Source of the DNA: a virus
Lineage: Duplodnaviria > Caudoviricetes
IMG/VR virus record: IMGVR_UViG_3300012983_000031
Coordinates: 96,001 to 160,000 of that record
Reading direction: 5' to 3' (one strand)
DNA: 64,000 nucleotides
The notes beneath the pieces are model-generated. The model saw only the letters and a list, made by a program, of their open reading frames with translations, was not told the origin of the DNA and made no database searches. Below, in pieces: positions 1 through 12,362 of this stretch; the first letter of the stretch is position 1; each line of letters starts with the position of its first letter. A program made the position numbers and the translations under genes.

Positions 1-2209
<2,209 letters not shown>

Positions 2210-2224
2210 TTTCTTGTGTATGTG

Positions 2225-2250
2225 AAATAAAAGTCGTATCTTTGCAACAT
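2225..2250 (+). promoter_or_regulatory. Bacteroidota primary-sigma promoter (-7 TAnnTTTG at 2237-2244)
   Basis: AAATAAAAGTCGTATCTTTGCAAC; one of 11 near-identical intergenic copies. Confidence 0.8.
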
Positions 2251-2263
2251 AAATTTAAAAACA

Positions 2264-2416
2264 ATGGACAAAGGACTAATATACATAGCTTCTGCTCTTT
2301 GTACGAGTGAATTTAATAAATGCAACAAATGCTATTGTTCAGAAGAATGTGACGCTGTTGGCGGCGAGACAATGTGTGGTCAATTAAGATTATTTTACAT
2401 AAACAAAATGCAATGA
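2264..2416 (+). CDS. Small Cys-rich protein (50 aa), below the ORF-track cutoff
   Basis: MDKGLIYIASALCTSEFNKCNKCYCSEECDAVGGETMCGQ...; follows the promoter; its stop overlaps the helicase ATG (ATGA). Confidence 0.6.
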   Translation: MDKGLIYIASALCTSEFNKCNKCYCSEECDAVGGETMCGQLRLFYINKMQ

Positions 2417-4203
2417 TGGAATCACCAGGATTGGATAAGATTAATGAACAGATTGATGAAGTAGTTCAGGAACGTTTTGGTTCGTTGTTCCGTTTCAGAC
2501 CTAAGCAAAAGGAGGCTGTTGCGGAAACGATTGATGCGTGGCTGAACGGTATTAGTGATGTAATTATGTCTGCCCCAACTGGCTCAGGTAAGTCAATAAC
2601 GGCATTGACAATAGCTGCTGTGTTGACAAAATATTACAACATGAATGGTTACATTCTTGCATCTGATCTTAATCTTATAGAACAATATAGAAATGATGTA
2701 AATAAGTATTTCCCTGATTGGCAAGTAATTAAGGGTCAGCAACAATATAAGTGCGAACGAAATGGATTGCCATTTACATCAGGATATTGCAAATTGAAGG
2801 GATGTAAGTCTTATGGTGACATCAGAAAAAAGTTCCCAGATTGTTATACAACTTGTGAATATATCGTTGACAGGGAGAAGGCGATGAAATCAAAACTTCT
2901 TGTGTGTACATATTCGTTTTGGCTGATCCAAATGAATCTTGTGAAGGAAATGCTGGGTGAAGATGCGCCGTTTAGGACAAGAAATTTTGTTATTTGCGAT
3001 GAGGCTCATAAATTGATGAGCATTGTTCAGAGTCACTTTTCTCCAAAATTTTCAGAACGTGATTTTGAGAAGATGAAACTTATTGCCGATAATGGTATGG
3101 ATGAGGATGGTGATACATATATCGGGAACGTTAAGAATATTCGTTATAAAATAGGTGCCGCGAACGATCAGCAGGTAATTTATGATCTTCTGTGCCAATA
3201 TTTGGAGGAAATGAAGATTTTCGTTGACGCTATTGATACGATTAAACGTGATATTTCATTGAGGACGGATAATGATGAACCGTTGTCAGCGGAGGACAAG
3301 CAGCTTGCAAATTGCTGTGATTTCCTTGATAATCATATTCAGGCGTTTTCAGATTATGTCAAGATTATTGAAATCATTGGATCAACTAACCTCATTAAGA
3401 ACTTTGATGACGCGAAACGTGATGAAATAACGTTTAACTGCATAGATGAATCATATTTGATGCAGAAACATTTTCATAATCATTGCCAGAACAAGATGTA
3501 TATGTCTGCAACGATTGGTGAACATTCGGCGTTCGCGAAAGATTGTGCTTTTGTTGCTTATAAAGGGATAGATATTCCGTCGACGTTTGATTTCACGAAC
3601 TCCCCGATTTTCTATATACCAGATTACAGGATGTCTTACAAGGAGAAGGATATGAGTTTTCCGAGAATAGCGGAGCTTATAGAGGCGACGATAAATATGT
3701 ACGCTGGAAAAAGGGGAATCATTCAGACTGGAAGTTATCAGTTCGCGAAGAAGCTTCTCGATTACATTGATCCAGTTGTCAGCAGGAGACTTATTTTATA
3801 TGATGACACCAAGGAGAAAACAGAGGCGTTGGATTATTTCAAGCGGTGTGATGATAAGATTCTCGTTGGACCGAGCTTAATCGAAGGTTTGTCATTTGAT
3901 GATGATCTTTGCAGGTTCCAAATAATAATGAAGGTTCCGTATCCAAGTTTGGCTGATAAGTTTGTGAGTGCAAAGAAAGACATCAAACCTGAATGGTACA
4001 ACAACACAACAGCGATATCCATTCTGCAGGGTGTCGGACGAGGAATAAGAAATGATCACGACTGGTGTGTGACGTTCATTTTTGATGGATGCTTCACTTA
4101 TCTTGCTGGCAATGCATCATATATGTTCCCAGATGAATTCAAAAAAAGAATACAGATTATACCTGCTCAATCTATATTACAATATAAAAACCAAAAAAAT
4201 TAA
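2413..4203 (+). CDS. DinG/XPD-family SF2 helicase
   Basis: Q motif (FRPKQ), APTGSGKS, Cys cluster (possible Fe-S), DEAH, helicase_C2-type KVPYP and QGVGRGIR; start moved to the ATG at 2413. Confidence 0.9.
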   Translation: MMESPGLDKINEQIDEVVQERFGSLFRFRPKQKEAVAETIDAWLNGISDVIMSAPTGSGKSITALTIAAVLTKYYNMNGYILASDLNLIEQYRNDVNKYFPDWQVIKGQQQYKCERNGLPFTSGYCKLKGCKSYGDIRKKFPDCYTTCEYIVDREKAMKSKLLVCTYSFWLIQMNLVKEMLGEDAPFRTRNFVICDEAHKLMSIVQSHFSPKFSERDFEKMKLIADNGMDEDGDTYIGNVKNIRYKIGAANDQQVIYDLLCQYLEEMKIFVDAIDTIKRDISLRTDNDEPLSAEDKQLANCCDFLDNHIQAFSDYVKIIEIIGSTNLIKNFDDAKRDEITFNCIDESYLMQKHFHNHCQNKMYMSATIGEHSAFAKDCAFVAYKGIDIPSTFDFTNSPIFYIPDYRMSYKEKDMSFPRIAELIEATINMYAGKRGIIQTGSYQFAKKLLDYIDPVVSRRLILYDDTKEKTEALDYFKRCDDKILVGPSLIEGLSFDDDLCRFQIIMKVPYPSLADKFVSAKKDIKPEWYNNTTAISILQGVGRGIRNDHDWCVTFIFDGCFTYLAGNASYMFPDEFKKRIQIIPAQSILQYKNQKN

Positions 4204-4208
4204 ACATT

Positions 4209-4529
4209 ATGCCAGAAATTGCAAAATCACCAGAGATGCCTGAATTGAAGACGATTCAGTACAATCAAACCTACAAGATGTCAGACATGTTCATCAATGA
4301 TCTGAAAAGGGTTTTGGCTGATCTTCCTTATGTGGAGGCTCAGAAGTTCTTACAGCGAGTTGAAGACAATAAGCGCATTTTCTCGATTGCTGCTTTGAAT
4401 GAATTCATCAGGGATTTGTCATATCTTCCGTACAAGGTTGTTTGCAAGTTGATGGGTGTGATTAATAACAAGGAGAATTTCTTGAAGTATTTCAATCCTA
4501 TCACAATCAACAATCAACAAAATAATTAA
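4209..4529 (+). CDS. Hypothetical protein
   Basis: 106-aa ORF in operon; internal duplicated motif (DLPYVE / YLPYKV). Confidence 0.7.
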   Translation: MPEIAKSPEMPELKTIQYNQTYKMSDMFINDLKRVLADLPYVEAQKFLQRVEDNKRIFSIAALNEFIRDLSYLPYKVVCKLMGVINNKENFLKYFNPITINNQQNN

Positions 4530-4543
4530 TAGGATATTCCACC

Positions 4544-5281
4544 ATGAGCAAGGTTGATATATTTAACTGTAGTGCTGGTGAATTAGGCGTTAAGAAAAAG
4601 AAGACCAGGGACATCCAGGCTCTTGCCGAGAACTTCATAAAAGAAAGGAGTTCTCGGTCATTCAACGCGCTTATGAAACGATGTTCATGGGGTTTGCACA
4701 ATTACATATTTAATATGGTGAAGAACGAGTACGACACCAATATTGTGATGAGCATAACCATGGAACATTTGTTTTATAAGATAGACAAGTTCAAAGACGA
4801 CATCGGTAAATTTTCAACATGGATGTACAGAATTGCGCACAATGATGCAATGACATTCATAACCGATGGTGAACACTCGACAAAAATTGATATGGTAAAT
4901 ATCGATTTGTCAGATATTCATGAACGAATTGATGCTGATGATAACTTCTATGATAATGGTGAGTACGGAATAGATTCTGAAATCGAAGACATCTTGTTCA
5001 AGAACAACCATTATACCGTCTATACCAAATCGAAAATATATGAAGACATCTATGATGCGTCTGTCGATTGCATCCAGTATCTTCCAAATCACCTTAGAAT
5101 CGTGATGATGGAAAGATACATAAACAGAAAAAAGGTTGATGATATTGCCAATGAAAATCATATGGCTAAAACGAACGTCAAGAATTGGCTTCGTAAGGGC
5201 GGAGAATGCTTAATGGATGAAATGAAATGCAGATATCCAGATTTATTGGATATATATAATGATATGAAAATCAAACAGTAA
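4544..5281 (+). CDS. ECF-like sigma-70 family RNA polymerase sigma factor
   Basis: Region 2 signature KFSTWMYRIAHN; region 4-like HTH (LPNHLRIVM...DDIANENHMAKTNVKNWLRKG). Confidence 0.8.
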   Translation: MSKVDIFNCSAGELGVKKKKTRDIQALAENFIKERSSRSFNALMKRCSWGLHNYIFNMVKNEYDTNIVMSITMEHLFYKIDKFKDDIGKFSTWMYRIAHNDAMTFITDGEHSTKIDMVNIDLSDIHERIDADDNFYDNGEYGIDSEIEDILFKNNHYTVYTKSKIYEDIYDASVDCIQYLPNHLRIVMMERYINRKKVDDIANENHMAKTNVKNWLRKGGECLMDEMKCRYPDLLDIYNDMKIKQ

Positions 5282-5287
5282 CAGAAA

Positions 5288-5737
5288 ATGGAAATAACAG
5301 AAAATAAGATATATCAGTGTTTCATGGACTTTAAGAACTTCTTTGTCTTCAGGAAAGAGATAAGTAGGGAGCTCGCCGAACCTAAGTCTGGTATGAACAC
5401 ATTGGGCATTAAGCGGAATTGGCTTGGAAACATTCTTTACACACAAATCAACTGCACTGATGCCGATTTGATGAACAGCGATTATGATTTTAACAGAATG
5501 GTGATGATGAAACTTAAACCAATTATCCAGTATCTTGGTCAAGATCTTGGATGGAGCGATTATCTTGTTCCGCAGGTTTCAAACTTTGTAGATGAAAATG
5601 ATAATCCGAGTTTGTCGTATGGTGTGCTGTTTATATTTACTGGATACAGCCTGACGTTGACAAAGGTGTTGGTCACAACACTTATAACTCTTGGATTAAT
5701 AGGTGGAGGAATTGCCGCATGGCTTTATTTCGCATAG
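5288..5737 (+). CDS. Hypothetical protein with C-terminal transmembrane helix
   Basis: 149-aa ORF with hydrophobic C-terminus. Confidence 0.7.
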   Translation: MEITENKIYQCFMDFKNFFVFRKEISRELAEPKSGMNTLGIKRNWLGNILYTQINCTDADLMNSDYDFNRMVMMKLKPIIQYLGQDLGWSDYLVPQVSNFVDENDNPSLSYGVLFIFTGYSLTLTKVLVTTLITLGLIGGGIAAWLYFA

Positions 5738-5944
5738 ACAAATACAGAGATATATATATTAAGTATGATAGGATCCCTTACCAGCGTCTTACAGGCAACA
5801 GTGTCATGTATTACACTGGAAGGATCATAACGAACGTAAAGGGTATCCCAGACGGATATGACAGGAAGAAGGATTTCTATTTCATATGCGACTGCGATTA
5901 TCCGAAATATAAAGATATTAAAAAAATTTAACCCAATTGCAATT

Positions 5945-6631
5945 ATGGGAAAAGCTAATAAGGAAGTCGCTGATGAGGCTAAGATTGCAGCACAGCGCGA
6001 AGCAGAAAGACGCAAGGCTATTGCAGATTTCAACATGCAGAACATGGGAAAGTTCTGGATAGATCCAGACAAGGTTCCGACTGATGAAGACATTAATAAT
6101 GCAAAAGAGGAGTTCGAGAAACGAACAAAGGCATTGCAAGAAAAGCATGATTATGTTTTGGCTGACAAGGCTAACGCTCTTCGTGTGGCAAAATTCATCA
6201 AGAATTTCAACGACACTCAGCATTGGAAGAAAGACATGTGGAAAGGCGTGTGCAATTTTTCCGCAATGATGAACGATTTCATTGAAGCTTTTGATGAGAA
6301 TAATCCTGTTGATCTTGTTCTTGATTATATGCCGATGCAGTATATTTTCCTCGTGTTCGAGAATTATTCTGGCGAAGGTCTTAAGGATGCACAGAAAATG
6401 TTTGACATGTGGGATGAGTTTGTCCCGATTTATGACAAGCTCCACGAATTAGTAGACTGGTACAATAACGAAGTGAAGGCATGTGAGGAACTTCGTGAAA
6501 AGTGGGCGATGCTTGAGCAAGGATATTATCTTCAGATTTTGGATCCTTCTGGAGAAGAACAAACGCAACAAGAAGATAACGGTACAATCGTTCCAGGTGA
6601 TCTCACAGCAGAAAAAGAAGAGGAGGCTTAA
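5945..6631 (+). CDS. Hypothetical helical protein
   Basis: Likely start MGKANKE at 5945 within ORF 5858-6631. Confidence 0.7.
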   Translation: MGKANKEVADEAKIAAQREAERRKAIADFNMQNMGKFWIDPDKVPTDEDINNAKEEFEKRTKALQEKHDYVLADKANALRVAKFIKNFNDTQHWKKDMWKGVCNFSAMMNDFIEAFDENNPVDLVLDYMPMQYIFLVFENYSGEGLKDAQKMFDMWDEFVPIYDKLHELVDWYNNEVKACEELREKWAMLEQGYYLQILDPSGEEQTQQEDNGTIVPGDLTAEKEEEA

Positions 6632-6650
6632 TCAGTCTCCTTTTTTCTTT
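6621..6650. terminator. Probable bidirectional terminator at a convergent gene junction
   Basis: AGGAGGCT-taatc-AGTCTCCT hairpin with a T-tract downstream and an A-rich tract upstream. Confidence 0.6.
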
Positions 6651-9600
6651 CTTATCCAGCTGTCAAGATTCTTAACAACCTTGTTCCCATATCTGTCCCA
6701 TGTTGTCATTTCTATATCATATATTCCAGGTTCATCTATGTAAAGAAGGAACGATGGGTTAAAGCATTCTGTTATAAGTTTTCCTTTTGTTCCATCAGTT
6801 CGGTAATAAACTCTCCAACGTATTTCTGTTTTGTTTAAATTACTAAGAGTTTGTTCCAATTGGAATTCTGGATTGCTTAACAGAACATAATTGCTATATG
6901 TTGTTATCGGAACGTAATATGCATATGATGCTATCTTTGAATTTATGAACAATATTGAATTTCCAAACCTCTCTATATCAAAGCCGCAATATTTTATTGC
7001 CTCAATTGTATCTATGTCTCTAAATTCTATAGAATAATCTTTACTTATGAACTTTTCTTTGTTTCTGTAAGGCGTTGTATCATTTATTACAGTGACAAAC
7101 GCCCCGTTTGATTTACTGTTCATATTGATGTCAAAAGAGTATCCCATATAATCTAAGCTTGATGATGACAGCCATGTTGATCCGTCAAAATGATCAACTT
7201 CATATTCAGACTTTGGCTTGTATTTTGCAGCTTGAAGTGTCAAGCTTGTTCCATTTATTTTTTTGACAAGATAAGAACCTTTTCCATACGCTATTGTGCT
7301 GCGATTATAATACATAGGTTGATAGGTAAGTGTCATCATGCTGTTCAAATATTTCTTGTCCGACAAATCCAATGGAACGCCGTCGAATGGGGATGGCGCT
7401 GGAAGCAATGTGAGATCAATTGTATTTTCAATTGTGGAAATCTTTGTTATTCCACAAGGAGCAAGCCACTGCGGTATAATATAATATGTATATTTGCTGT
7501 TATTTCCTCTTGCCTTTATGTCGCTTTCGGAGAATATTGACTTCTGATATTCATTTGACATCGCTTCAAACATATAATACCCAGCTGGATACCCTCCATT
7601 TTCACCAGTTGTTTCTATCATTGTTCCTGCCATTGAGTATATCGGGAGTTCGCAAAGATCGTCAAATACAAACACGGTCACATTCCAAAGCGTTCCGTTG
7701 TGCATGTCTTCGTGTGTAACGATATAATGAAGATCCTCAGAATCATATGTGCTGACTTGGTCGAATCCGTATATCTTCTTTACACCTGCAACCTCTTGTG
7801 TATATGACTGAGCGAACGTGTGGGAATCTGTGTTCCTTTTGCTAAACAAATATTGTATAACATCTTCATCGTAAACATTTGAAAATACTTCTCCAACAAG
7901 TTCATATCTATCTGACATTGAAGAAATTACAGTTTTTGTATATGAATAGTCGTTCTTAAAACTCTTCATATATCCATTTTCATCAAGTTCATTGTATGAA
8001 ATTTGTTCACCATTTTCTCCGCTTTTGTTGAGTATCTGATATTTAGGAACATATTTAAACATACTATGTTGAAATGCTGCAAGAATGTTATATTGGTTTA
8101 TTAGAATCTGTCTGTTTTCAGATAACTCACAATTTATACCATCTATATTAAATGGCTCACCAGAGTAATCTTCCCGTATGAATGACATAATTGATGAATC
8201 ATTCTTAAGGACAATTACATTTGTTTCAGAACGTTTAGTGAATATGTTATTGAATTCATCGCACAGAACAGCCTCTATTTCATATGTTCCTGCATTGTTG
8301 ACTTTCACTGAAGCGATACCATCATATTTAACGTAATCGTCAACACATTCATCATATCCGTAAACGAAATCAGCATAAGATGACATGTCAGAGAATCTAT
8401 TTACAGTTTGAGATGCATCAGACCTGCTTGTTCTATACTTATATGCTGTTTTGTGAGATGTTTCCTTATATGTTTCAACGTAAACCGAACGTTGATCTGT
8501 ATCTTTGTCGTACTTGAAGTTCAACGTTACTGTTTGATCTGTGCTGCTATCATAGAATATCATGCGACCGTCAAAGATCTCCAATATGTATTCACCTGGT
8601 ACATGATTTTCTTCATCGATGTAGATAGATGGAAAATCGTCTTTATAAGATGATGTTTCTCCATTGTGCTCTATTCCATCGAAATAAATGTTCTTTTCCA
8701 TGTAACCAGTTATGAAGAAGCACGGAACTTTATCTGGGTTATCTATGCTGAAACGTAATCCATTTGATGATTTATGTATTTTGTGCTTAATTATGTCAAT
8801 GTGCTCACCTTCACCGACATCATAAGGATAATTGTCATCAACCTTATGGAATGAAGAATCTGGAGCGAAAACAGGATGAATTATGCTGTTTGAATCTACA
8901 GAAGGAGGAAGCAACGACGGAACATCATAAAGGAAATATGATCTATCTACATCATGATCACTCTCTGCTGATATCTTATAAACCCTGTTTCCGTTGGAAT
9001 CCTCATCTTTTGTTATTGTTGCATAGTATTCATATTCCCTTGTCGCCTTGTGATTGTCTTTATATCTCTTTATTATACCATTTTCTATCTGTATGACTGG
9101 GCAATGATCGGATGTAAATGTTGTATTCTTGCACGTCTTTGCACAATCAACCATAAGAAATCTTATTTCATTATCATCAACAAGCAAACTTGGAGAATAG
9201 AAATCAACATAAGAATATTGATTTACACTAGACGAATTACCAGATTTCCGTAACATGAATGAATCATGCTTTCCTTTTGTTCTGAGGAAAATTGAATTCA
9301 TGTTGTCATGCATTTCATATGTCTTTCCAAAATATCTATATAAAGGATTATCTGGAAGAACATCAAAATTGGATCTTGATTCGTTAGCGTTATAATTCGT
9401 CGTTGTGTTAAATGCATGATATATTTTATCCTCATCAAAATAACCAATGCAAAGATCCTTAAAGCGAACGTACTCCAGGTCATTTATTGTCGTGCTTAGG
9501 TCAGATGTGTGTATCTCAACATCAATCATAACTGAAGAATCGTATCCGCTGAGAACATAAGTGTTGTAAACTGGAATCGGAGATATTGTTCGTTCGTTGT

Positions 9601-11137
9601 TGTAGTCGAGAACTTGCTGGATGCCTCCGATTTTCGGCAACGTGTATCTCTCAACTGCCAAACCTTCTCCGTTTATGTCTGCTATGTATGTGTTTACACC
9701 AATTGCATTTTTAGACACCCATTTCTTCAGGTTTGTTAACTTTAAAATCTTTTCTGTGTTGAAATTCTTGTAGTTCGTTATAACTGTTGGGAATCCGAAT
9801 TTGTCAACAATGTCATCAGTCTCTTCGTTGATCTTGTATATCATCGACTGCATGTTCATCTTCTTGATGGACTGGCGTTCGTCAAGATCTGTATCTAAAT
9901 CTATTCCGCGAGAATTGCTTGTTTTGTTTTGAACTTCATATGAAACATAACCATTGTCAATGATAGAATTGTTACCAACCTCCTTGTACCATTCTCTGAA
10001 GAATACATCATTTTCATAACCAAGAAGCCTAATGAGACGATCAAGAGCTTTATAGCTTCCGAGATAAGGAAGAATCTCTGAATATGTGAGATATATCTTT
10101 TTTGAGTTCTTATTAATACTAACATAGTCTGGAAGATCCTCAACTATTTCTGTATCAGAGAATATTGCGTTGTAGTACTTTGGATCTGGTATACCGAAGT
10201 TAGCAAAGAATGCACGGTAACGCTCATCTTCACCCTCTGCCTCAGCCTTAAGAATAATATCTCCTATCGGATAAACAGTACCTGGGAAATTGTTTGCTGG
10301 ATCAGCGTCATTTGTATCAAGAAGGCAAACATAAAGTGTTTGCTCGTAAACGCCATCTAGTTCTCCAGAGAATCCTATGTTTACAGAGTATCCGTTGTCG
10401 TTTGATCCGTCTGTGTCTGTGTGTGTGAAATCAAGAACAGATCTATCGCTCCATGAAAGTTCATCCTTTTCTGTATGGAACATCCTGAAATCAGTTTGTT
10501 CCCTGTTATCTATGAAAAAGAACAGCTTAAATCGGTTTATGTAATCTCTTGCATCGTTATACTTTTCAGCGTAATCCTTAACTGTTGAGTAAATTTTATT
10601 TCCGTTCTCGTCAACGTCCTCAACAAGAACATATATTGTCTGGGTTTCTATGAGACCAGTGGATATCTTGTCAAAGTTTATGTATGAGCTGAATGTGTAT
10701 GTAGGAAAGAAGTCAGCGTTTTGATCCAAACCTAATGTTGACAAGAATGATATTTTTTGAGATGACGTTAAAAGGTTATATCTAAGATCAGGATAATTGT
10801 CTTCGCCGTTGCTTGTTCGATATGAAGTTCTCGAAAAAAATGCCATCCCTTGATTCTTATATGTGGATCCATCAGGAGTATTAATTGAAATCTCATAATC
10901 AAGATGTTTTGATCCTTCCTGCATGTTGAATTTCATACCAGCTTTCAGCTGCACCAATGATGAATTCAAAGCCAAAGATGAATCTCCAGGTACACTTTTT
11001 ACCAAAGCATATTCACCTGAAAACTCTGGATACTGAGAGTTCAGAACTTTAAGATGTACATTAGAATGGTGATTAAGGATTAACTCATTGCCTTCCTTAT
11101 CAAAAAAATGAAATCTACTATAATTAAAAACACCCAT
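6632..11137 (-). CDS. Large virion structural protein (probable baseplate wedge/tail protein)
   Basis: 1501 aa, D/N/S/Y-rich, Ig/PKD-like segments (AGTYEIEAVLCDEFNN; PGIYDIEMTTWDRYGN), downstream of a late-promoter motif. Confidence 0.55.
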   Translation of the reverse strand: MGVFNYSRFHFFDKEGNELILNHHSNVHLKVLNSQYPEFSGEYALVKSVPGDSSLALNSSLVQLKAGMKFNMQEGSKHLDYEISINTPDGSTYKNQGMAFFSRTSYRTSNGEDNYPDLRYNLLTSSQKISFLSTLGLDQNADFFPTYTFSSYINFDKISTGLIETQTIYVLVEDVDENGNKIYSTVKDYAEKYNDARDYINRFKLFFFIDNREQTDFRMFHTEKDELSWSDRSVLDFTHTDTDGSNDNGYSVNIGFSGELDGVYEQTLYVCLLDTNDADPANNFPGTVYPIGDIILKAEAEGEDERYRAFFANFGIPDPKYYNAIFSDTEIVEDLPDYVSINKNSKKIYLTYSEILPYLGSYKALDRLIRLLGYENDVFFREWYKEVGNNSIIDNGYVSYEVQNKTSNSRGIDLDTDLDERQSIKKMNMQSMIYKINEETDDIVDKFGFPTVITNYKNFNTEKILKLTNLKKWVSKNAIGVNTYIADINGEGLAVERYTLPKIGGIQQVLDYNNERTISPIPVYNTYVLSGYDSSVMIDVEIHTSDLSTTINDLEYVRFKDLCIGYFDEDKIYHAFNTTTNYNANESRSNFDVLPDNPLYRYFGKTYEMHDNMNSIFLRTKGKHDSFMLRKSGNSSSVNQYSYVDFYSPSLLVDDNEIRFLMVDCAKTCKNTTFTSDHCPVIQIENGIIKRYKDNHKATREYEYYATITKDEDSNGNRVYKISAESDHDVDRSYFLYDVPSLLPPSVDSNSIIHPVFAPDSSFHKVDDNYPYDVGEGEHIDIIKHKIHKSSNGLRFSIDNPDKVPCFFITGYMEKNIYFDGIEHNGETSSYKDDFPSIYIDEENHVPGEYILEIFDGRMIFYDSSTDQTVTLNFKYDKDTDQRSVYVETYKETSHKTAYKYRTSRSDASQTVNRFSDMSSYADFVYGYDECVDDYVKYDGIASVKVNNAGTYEIEAVLCDEFNNIFTKRSETNVIVLKNDSSIMSFIREDYSGEPFNIDGINCELSENRQILINQYNILAAFQHSMFKYVPKYQILNKSGENGEQISYNELDENGYMKSFKNDYSYTKTVISSMSDRYELVGEVFSNVYDEDVIQYLFSKRNTDSHTFAQSYTQEVAGVKKIYGFDQVSTYDSEDLHYIVTHEDMHNGTLWNVTVFVFDDLCELPIYSMAGTMIETTGENGGYPAGYYMFEAMSNEYQKSIFSESDIKARGNNSKYTYYIIPQWLAPCGITKISTIENTIDLTLLPAPSPFDGVPLDLSDKKYLNSMMTLTYQPMYYNRSTIAYGKGSYLVKKINGTSLTLQAAKYKPKSEYEVDHFDGSTWLSSSSLDYMGYSFDINMNSKSNGAFVTVINDTTPYRNKEKFISKDYSIEFRDIDTIEAIKYCGFDIERFGNSILFINSKIASYAYYVPITTYSNYVLLSNPEFQLEQTLSNLNKTEIRWRVYYRTDGTKGKLITECFNPSFLLYIDEPGIYDIEMTTWDRYGNKVVKNLDSWIRKKKGD

Positions 11138-11391
11138 TAGTTAACCCTTATATCGTTTTTATCGAGAGAGAACATAAACTGAAGCCTTATCTGCTTGACT
11201 GTATCAATCAAATAAGTTATCATCGGCTCAATCTTAGCCATTATCAACTTGTTCTTTCTGTTCAGAAAGATGACTGGACTCATTGTCTTTTCAAACACGT
11301 GACCGTGATAATCGTAACCCAAATCTGTGTACATGTCTTGATGACGCGTGCAGTACCATCTTCCGCTATGTTTGTTTGGATAATACATCAA
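11137..11391 (-). CDS. Small hypothetical protein (probably structural)
   Basis: Coupled to the 1501-aa gene; AGATAAATA motif upstream on the minus strand (11412-11420). Confidence 0.65.
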   Translation of the reverse strand: MMYYPNKHSGRWYCTRHQDMYTDLGYDYHGHVFEKTMSPVIFLNRKNKLIMAKIEPMITYLIDTVKQIRLQFMFSLDKNDIRVN

Positions 11392-11424
11392 AGTTAAAAA
11401 ATCCTTTGGACTATTTATCTAAAA

Positions 11425-11460
11425 TTTAATCGTTTTGTGTTTTTTGCAGTATAATAATGT
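11425..11460 (+). promoter_or_regulatory. Putative phage middle promoter TTTAATCGTTTT-N12-GTATAAT
   Basis: Same motif and spacing recur at 30882 and 36796. Confidence 0.65.
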
Positions 11461-11519
11461 AAAAGGATGTTAAATGTTAGCATAAATGCATTTTTTTAAC
11501 GAAAACGTTTTGCTATGTC

Positions 11520-11545
11520 AAATAAAAGCTGTATCTTTGCAACAT
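11520..11545 (+). promoter_or_regulatory. Bacteroidota-type promoter (TATCTTTG 11532-11539)
   Basis: AAATAAAAGCTGTATCTTTGCAAC. Confidence 0.8.
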
Positions 11546-11586
11546 CAAAAAAGAATTGTTTAACGAATTAAAAAGAATAACAGAAC

Positions 11587-11838
11587 ATGGACATTATTGG
11601 AAGCTTACTCAGCGGCGCAGTTGGTTACGGAATTTCAGAGGCATCAAAGTCACATCCGCTTCGTGACCTTATCGATCAGAAGATTAACGCTCATACAGCA
11701 AACAAGGATCTTCGCGATGTAATCAATTCGTATGCAAAGGCGAACGGCATTTATGGCGGTCGTAACAACAGATTCGCTTATCTCCTTCATCAAATCGCAT
11801 CCGAATGGGAGGAATACAATTACAGCGATATATATTAA
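11587..11838 (+). CDS. Hypothetical protein
   Basis: 83-aa ORF after the promoters. Confidence 0.7.
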   Translation: MDIIGSLLSGAVGYGISEASKSHPLRDLIDQKINAHTANKDLRDVINSYAKANGIYGGRNNRFAYLLHQIASEWEEYNYSDIY

Positions 11839-11855
11839 AATAAACAGAAAAGAAT

Positions 11856-12362
11856 ATGGCAAATGTTAAAAAACTATCTGTTGATCAATTCTATAAAGAC
11901 GTGATCAACTTCATGCTAAAAAAACATGGGGTTGATTACGATTATATTATTAATCTTCCTAAAGAGCCACAAAACAAAGAAGAAATTGATCCAAACGTTG
12001 AGTATCAGGATAAATGGTACACAAGATATACTTTTGCCACATATGAGGAATATGATGCGTATAGGCAGTATTTCTATGAGCACTTTAAATTATGGCAACC
12101 GCAATACAGATGGAAACGGTACTATGTGGATAACTGTTTTGCGTGGTTCGATCTGGAGTTCGGATTGAAGATCGATTTCGACTTTGATGAGCTTATTAAG
12201 CGGAAGAAGGAAGATGACATGTACTGGAGGGTGTTCGGCAAAACAGTTCGTAAAGATCGTCTTCAGAAGAAACTCCAGAAGCAGCAAATGCTTGATCAAA
12301 AACAAACCAAAAACGATAATGAAACCAAACCAGAACTATCCACAGAAGATAGTAGCATCTGA
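11856..12362 (+). CDS. Hypothetical protein
   Basis: 168-aa ORF. Confidence 0.7.
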   Translation: MANVKKLSVDQFYKDVINFMLKKHGVDYDYIINLPKEPQNKEEIDPNVEYQDKWYTRYTFATYEEYDAYRQYFYEHFKLWQPQYRWKRYYVDNCFAWFDLEFGLKIDFDFDELIKRKKEDDMYWRVFGKTVRKDRLQKKLQKQQMLDQKQTKNDNETKPELSTEDSSI